Below are positions 23,842 to 26,168 of a DNA stretch of 26,168 bases, piece by piece. The position numbers were made by a program, and so were the translations under genes. Position 1 is the stretch's first letter. The number at the start of each line of letters is the position of its first letter. The notes beneath the pieces are model-generated. The model was not told the DNA's origin and did no database searches. It worked only from the letters and a program-made list of their open reading frames with translations. The stretch is from a virus (lineage: Duplodnaviria; Heunggongvirae; Uroviricota; Caudoviricetes), in IMG/VR virus record IMGVR_UViG_2671180921_000027, positions 1 through 26,168 of that record. One strand, written 5' to 3'.

Positions 23842-25929
23842 TCAGGCCAGCGGATCATCTTCTTCCTGCATGGCAAAAAGCTTTTGCATCCCCAGTCTGA
23901 AATCGCGTTCAAATTCTTCGTCATGCTCTTCTTCATATTCCGGTTGCTGAACTGCCACCACATTCCCAACCGGGCGATAAACATTATCCAGCCAGGGTTC
24001 AGCTTGTTTGTGCTCCAGAATCTGAATACCTTCATCTTCAGCATCACGAATTTTTTCCTCAGCGCGTTTGCGCATTCCTTTAATACGCTGTTGCTGTTTG
24101 TGATATTCCGCACTGACAGGGAAGGCTGCGCGTTTATTGCCGTTCCATATCGCCTCACAGATAAAGCTGCCGTCCTTGCGACGTACCGTAATTCGCTCGG
24201 CGTCATGAATGTCATAACTGATAAGCACTTTGCGACCGTGTTCGTCACGCAACTCCGGCGCGTAGTAAATATTGTTCAGCCACTGGATTTCGCAGCGTCT
24301 TACTGGACGCTCCACCATCGGGCGGAACATGTCGCGCAGCTCAAGATCACTCAGCCACTCAATTTCGGTGTCTTCTTCTGCCAGGCGTTTTTTTCTGAAC
24401 TCTGCCGGGCTGTAATGCCGCCCGTTCGGTTTCATCGGCAGCTCAGAATGAGGGCGGTTGTTGTACCATTCCACGCCTTCACGAATAGCCTCAATAAGCT
24501 CCGCCCACGATGGCAGCTCGCGCATTGCCGCTTTCTGGCGGTCGTTCAGAGGCTTGTCCTGTTGCATGGCGTTAAACGCTGAACGCAGATCACGGTTAAG
24601 TACACGCAACGATTCCCGGTCAGCACCCTTGCCAAAATAGGTGCGATACCTCCTGGCTATACGCATCGGCAGTGTCCGGTTCAGGCGTTCAATAATGCCG
24701 CGCCCCTGTGGATTACCGGCAATACCTGTTGGGTGTTTAATCCCCAGGCGGGGCAGAATACCCACGACCTCTTTGTCCAGCATGTCAGCCGTTTCACCAG
24801 AACCGTTATCCGAGTAATACAGAAACGGTTTTCCGTGGTTGCGAATGCCGTGCTGTATCGCACCGGCAACGGCGAACACGTTCTCGGCAAGGTCAAGACT
24901 CCAGCCAACAACAAACCGGGTTCCACCGTCGATCACAAATGTGACTTCCGGTGAGAATGGACGCCCGTGGATCGGATGTGCACATTTCAGCTTCATACCG
25001 TGACCGTCACCAATCCAGACATAATTCACCGGCATAGCTGTCCAGGCGCGGCGGGTGAATCCTTCAAGCTGACGGTATTCACTGCCGGTAACGCGCCCTT
25101 TTTGTTTCACCACTTCCGGCAGTTTTTTCATGGCATACCGGACAACATCATAGGAAGGCATCACCTCCAGCATGTACGGTTCGTCCGCATGACGACGCTG
25201 CCATTCCGCGACAAAATCCTCGTAGGCTTCAGACATAGGTCTGCCGTTCACCTGGCGATACTGCGCCAGAAACTCAGGTAGCCAGCTAATTTGTTCCGGT
25301 TTTATTTCGTCGCGTTTTCCTGGTGCCAGTAACAGCAGCCGTTCTGCGGCATTCTGTGACTGGTTGTATTTCAGCACCCACTGATAAAGCGGGTCACGAC
25401 TGATGGTGCGATTAGCGCCACGTTTTGCATTGGCGTTAACTGCGGCCTGTTGCAGGCGTTCCGGTAGTTCACCTTTACGGGCTTTTTCGACAAGATAGTT
25501 AATGGCTTTCAGCCGCCCGAGATTACCGTCGCTTTCCAGCTTCAGCACTTCCACCACCAGCGCAGCCCTTGCTTCAGATACCCGACGCTGATTTTCGGTC
25601 AGCGCATTCAGGCGTTCTTCCATCAGTTGTGGCGAACCGCGATATGCTTCGATTGCCTGGACAGCATCAGGATTACGCGCCTTCCTGGTAACGACCTGAA
25701 CTTCGGAAACGTTGTTCTCCGTAGCTACCAGTTGTTCCACATAACGTTCACGCAGCGCCTTTTGAGTCGCTTCCGGCAGACAATCAATGTGGTACTCAAT
25801 GGCTTTTGTACCTGCTCGTTTGCGTCGAAAATGCTCTGATGAGGCCAATTTTTTTATAGTGTACCTCACACCTTGCGCACTTCCCGGCATACCAGGCAGC
25901 CCCACGAGTTCGTTGACAGACACAAACAT
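23842..25929 (-). CDS. A: MuA-type DDE transposase
   Basis: 695 aa; candidate catalytic residues in VWIGDGH, YYSDNGSGE and GIIERLNRT; directly follows ner. Confidence 0.9.
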   Translation of the reverse strand: MFVSVNELVGLPGMPGSAQGVRYTIKKLASSEHFRRKRAGTKAIEYHIDCLPEATQKALRERYVEQLVATENNVSEVQVVTRKARNPDAVQAIEAYRGSPQLMEERLNALTENQRRVSEARAALVVEVLKLESDGNLGRLKAINYLVEKARKGELPERLQQAAVNANAKRGANRTISRDPLYQWVLKYNQSQNAAERLLLLAPGKRDEIKPEQISWLPEFLAQYRQVNGRPMSEAYEDFVAEWQRRHADEPYMLEVMPSYDVVRYAMKKLPEVVKQKGRVTGSEYRQLEGFTRRAWTAMPVNYVWIGDGHGMKLKCAHPIHGRPFSPEVTFVIDGGTRFVVGWSLDLAENVFAVAGAIQHGIRNHGKPFLYYSDNGSGETADMLDKEVVGILPRLGIKHPTGIAGNPQGRGIIERLNRTLPMRIARRYRTYFGKGADRESLRVLNRDLRSAFNAMQQDKPLNDRQKAAMRELPSWAELIEAIREGVEWYNNRPHSELPMKPNGRHYSPAEFRKKRLAEEDTEIEWLSDLELRDMFRPMVERPVRRCEIQWLNNIYYAPELRDEHGRKVLISYDIHDAERITVRRKDGSFICEAIWNGNKRAAFPVSAEYHKQQQRIKGMRKRAEEKIRDAEDEGIQILEHKQAEPWLDNVYRPVGNVVAVQQPEYEEEHDEEFERDFRLGMQKLFAMQEEDDPLA

Positions 25930-25931
25930 TT

Positions 25932-26168
25932 TTACGCCACCTTACGAACGTAGCGGCTGGGCCAGATCTCCTCCGGAGCCACACCGATAGCATCAGCAAT
26001 AATGCGTTCATACTTAGGGCATTTGCGGTACAAGGCATTCTTTAAAGAATCCTTGTTTAAACCTGCTTCAACTGATAGCGAACGCAAAGTAAAGCCTTTC
26101 ACATGCACTGCAGCGACAACATGTGCCGGGTGCCAGTCCTGTTTTACAACTTCATTTATAGACATCAT
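25932..26168 (-). CDS. ner: Ner-like DNA-binding regulator
   Basis: 78 aa ending ...EEIWPSRY...; ATG at the window edge, so the true start may be either of the first two ATGs. Confidence 0.75.
   Translation of the reverse strand: MMSINEVVKQDWHPAHVVAAVHVKGFTLRSLSVEAGLNKDSLKNALYRKCPKYERIIADAIGVAPEEIWPSRYVRKVA

Larger units (their letters stand above)
1..26168 (-). mobile_element. Mu-like transposable prophage, partial (both ends outside the window)
   Basis: Co-linear minus-strand order ner / DDE transposase / MuB-type ATPase / small early genes incl. Gam / GemA-like / Mor-C family / lysis / terminase / portal / F / protease-scaffold / capsid / sheath-tube-tape measure / baseplate; ATGA and TAATG coupled junctions throughout. 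Confidence 0.85.

Noticed and set aside
22813-25929. Transposase plus ATPase as an independent IS element or transposon inside a phage
   Set aside because: ner-A-B followed by Gam, GemA and Mor homologs and a full morphogenesis set is the native architecture of a Mu-like phage, not an insertion into another element.
1-26168. CRISPR arrays, tRNA or rRNA genes
   Set aside because: No regularly spaced direct repeats with unique spacers and no cloverleaf-like or rRNA-like segments; the window is almost fully protein-coding.

Overview
The window is almost entirely coding and co-linear on the minus strand, and reads as most of a Mu-like transposable prophage. In minus-strand order from the right edge: ner, a MuA-type DDE transposase, a MuB-type ATPase, a run of small early genes including a Gam homolog, a GemA-like gene, a Mor/C-family activator, a lysis cassette (GH108-type endolysin plus membrane proteins), terminase small and large subunits, portal, F-like head protein, protease/scaffold, major capsid, head-tail joining genes, tail sheath, tail tube, a chaperone pair, tape measure, gp43/gp44-like baseplate genes, and the start of a baseplate spike gene that runs off the left edge. 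Both prophage ends lie outside the window. All calls rest on reading the translated ORFs and on remembered family motifs; no database search was run. The features that do not fit the Mu-like backbone are: (1) an AT-rich two-gene island (19817-20494) with one gene on the opposite strand, the best candidate for an accessory or undescribed module; (2) an in-frame TGA that splits the head protease/scaffold reading frame; (3) a tail-chaperone overlap in the +1 frame; (4) a 26-nt terminator hairpin present in two identical copies; (5) an F-I intergenic region with three phased direct repeats and no G-like gene; (6) an atypical lysis cassette. No rRNA, tRNA or CRISPR array was found.
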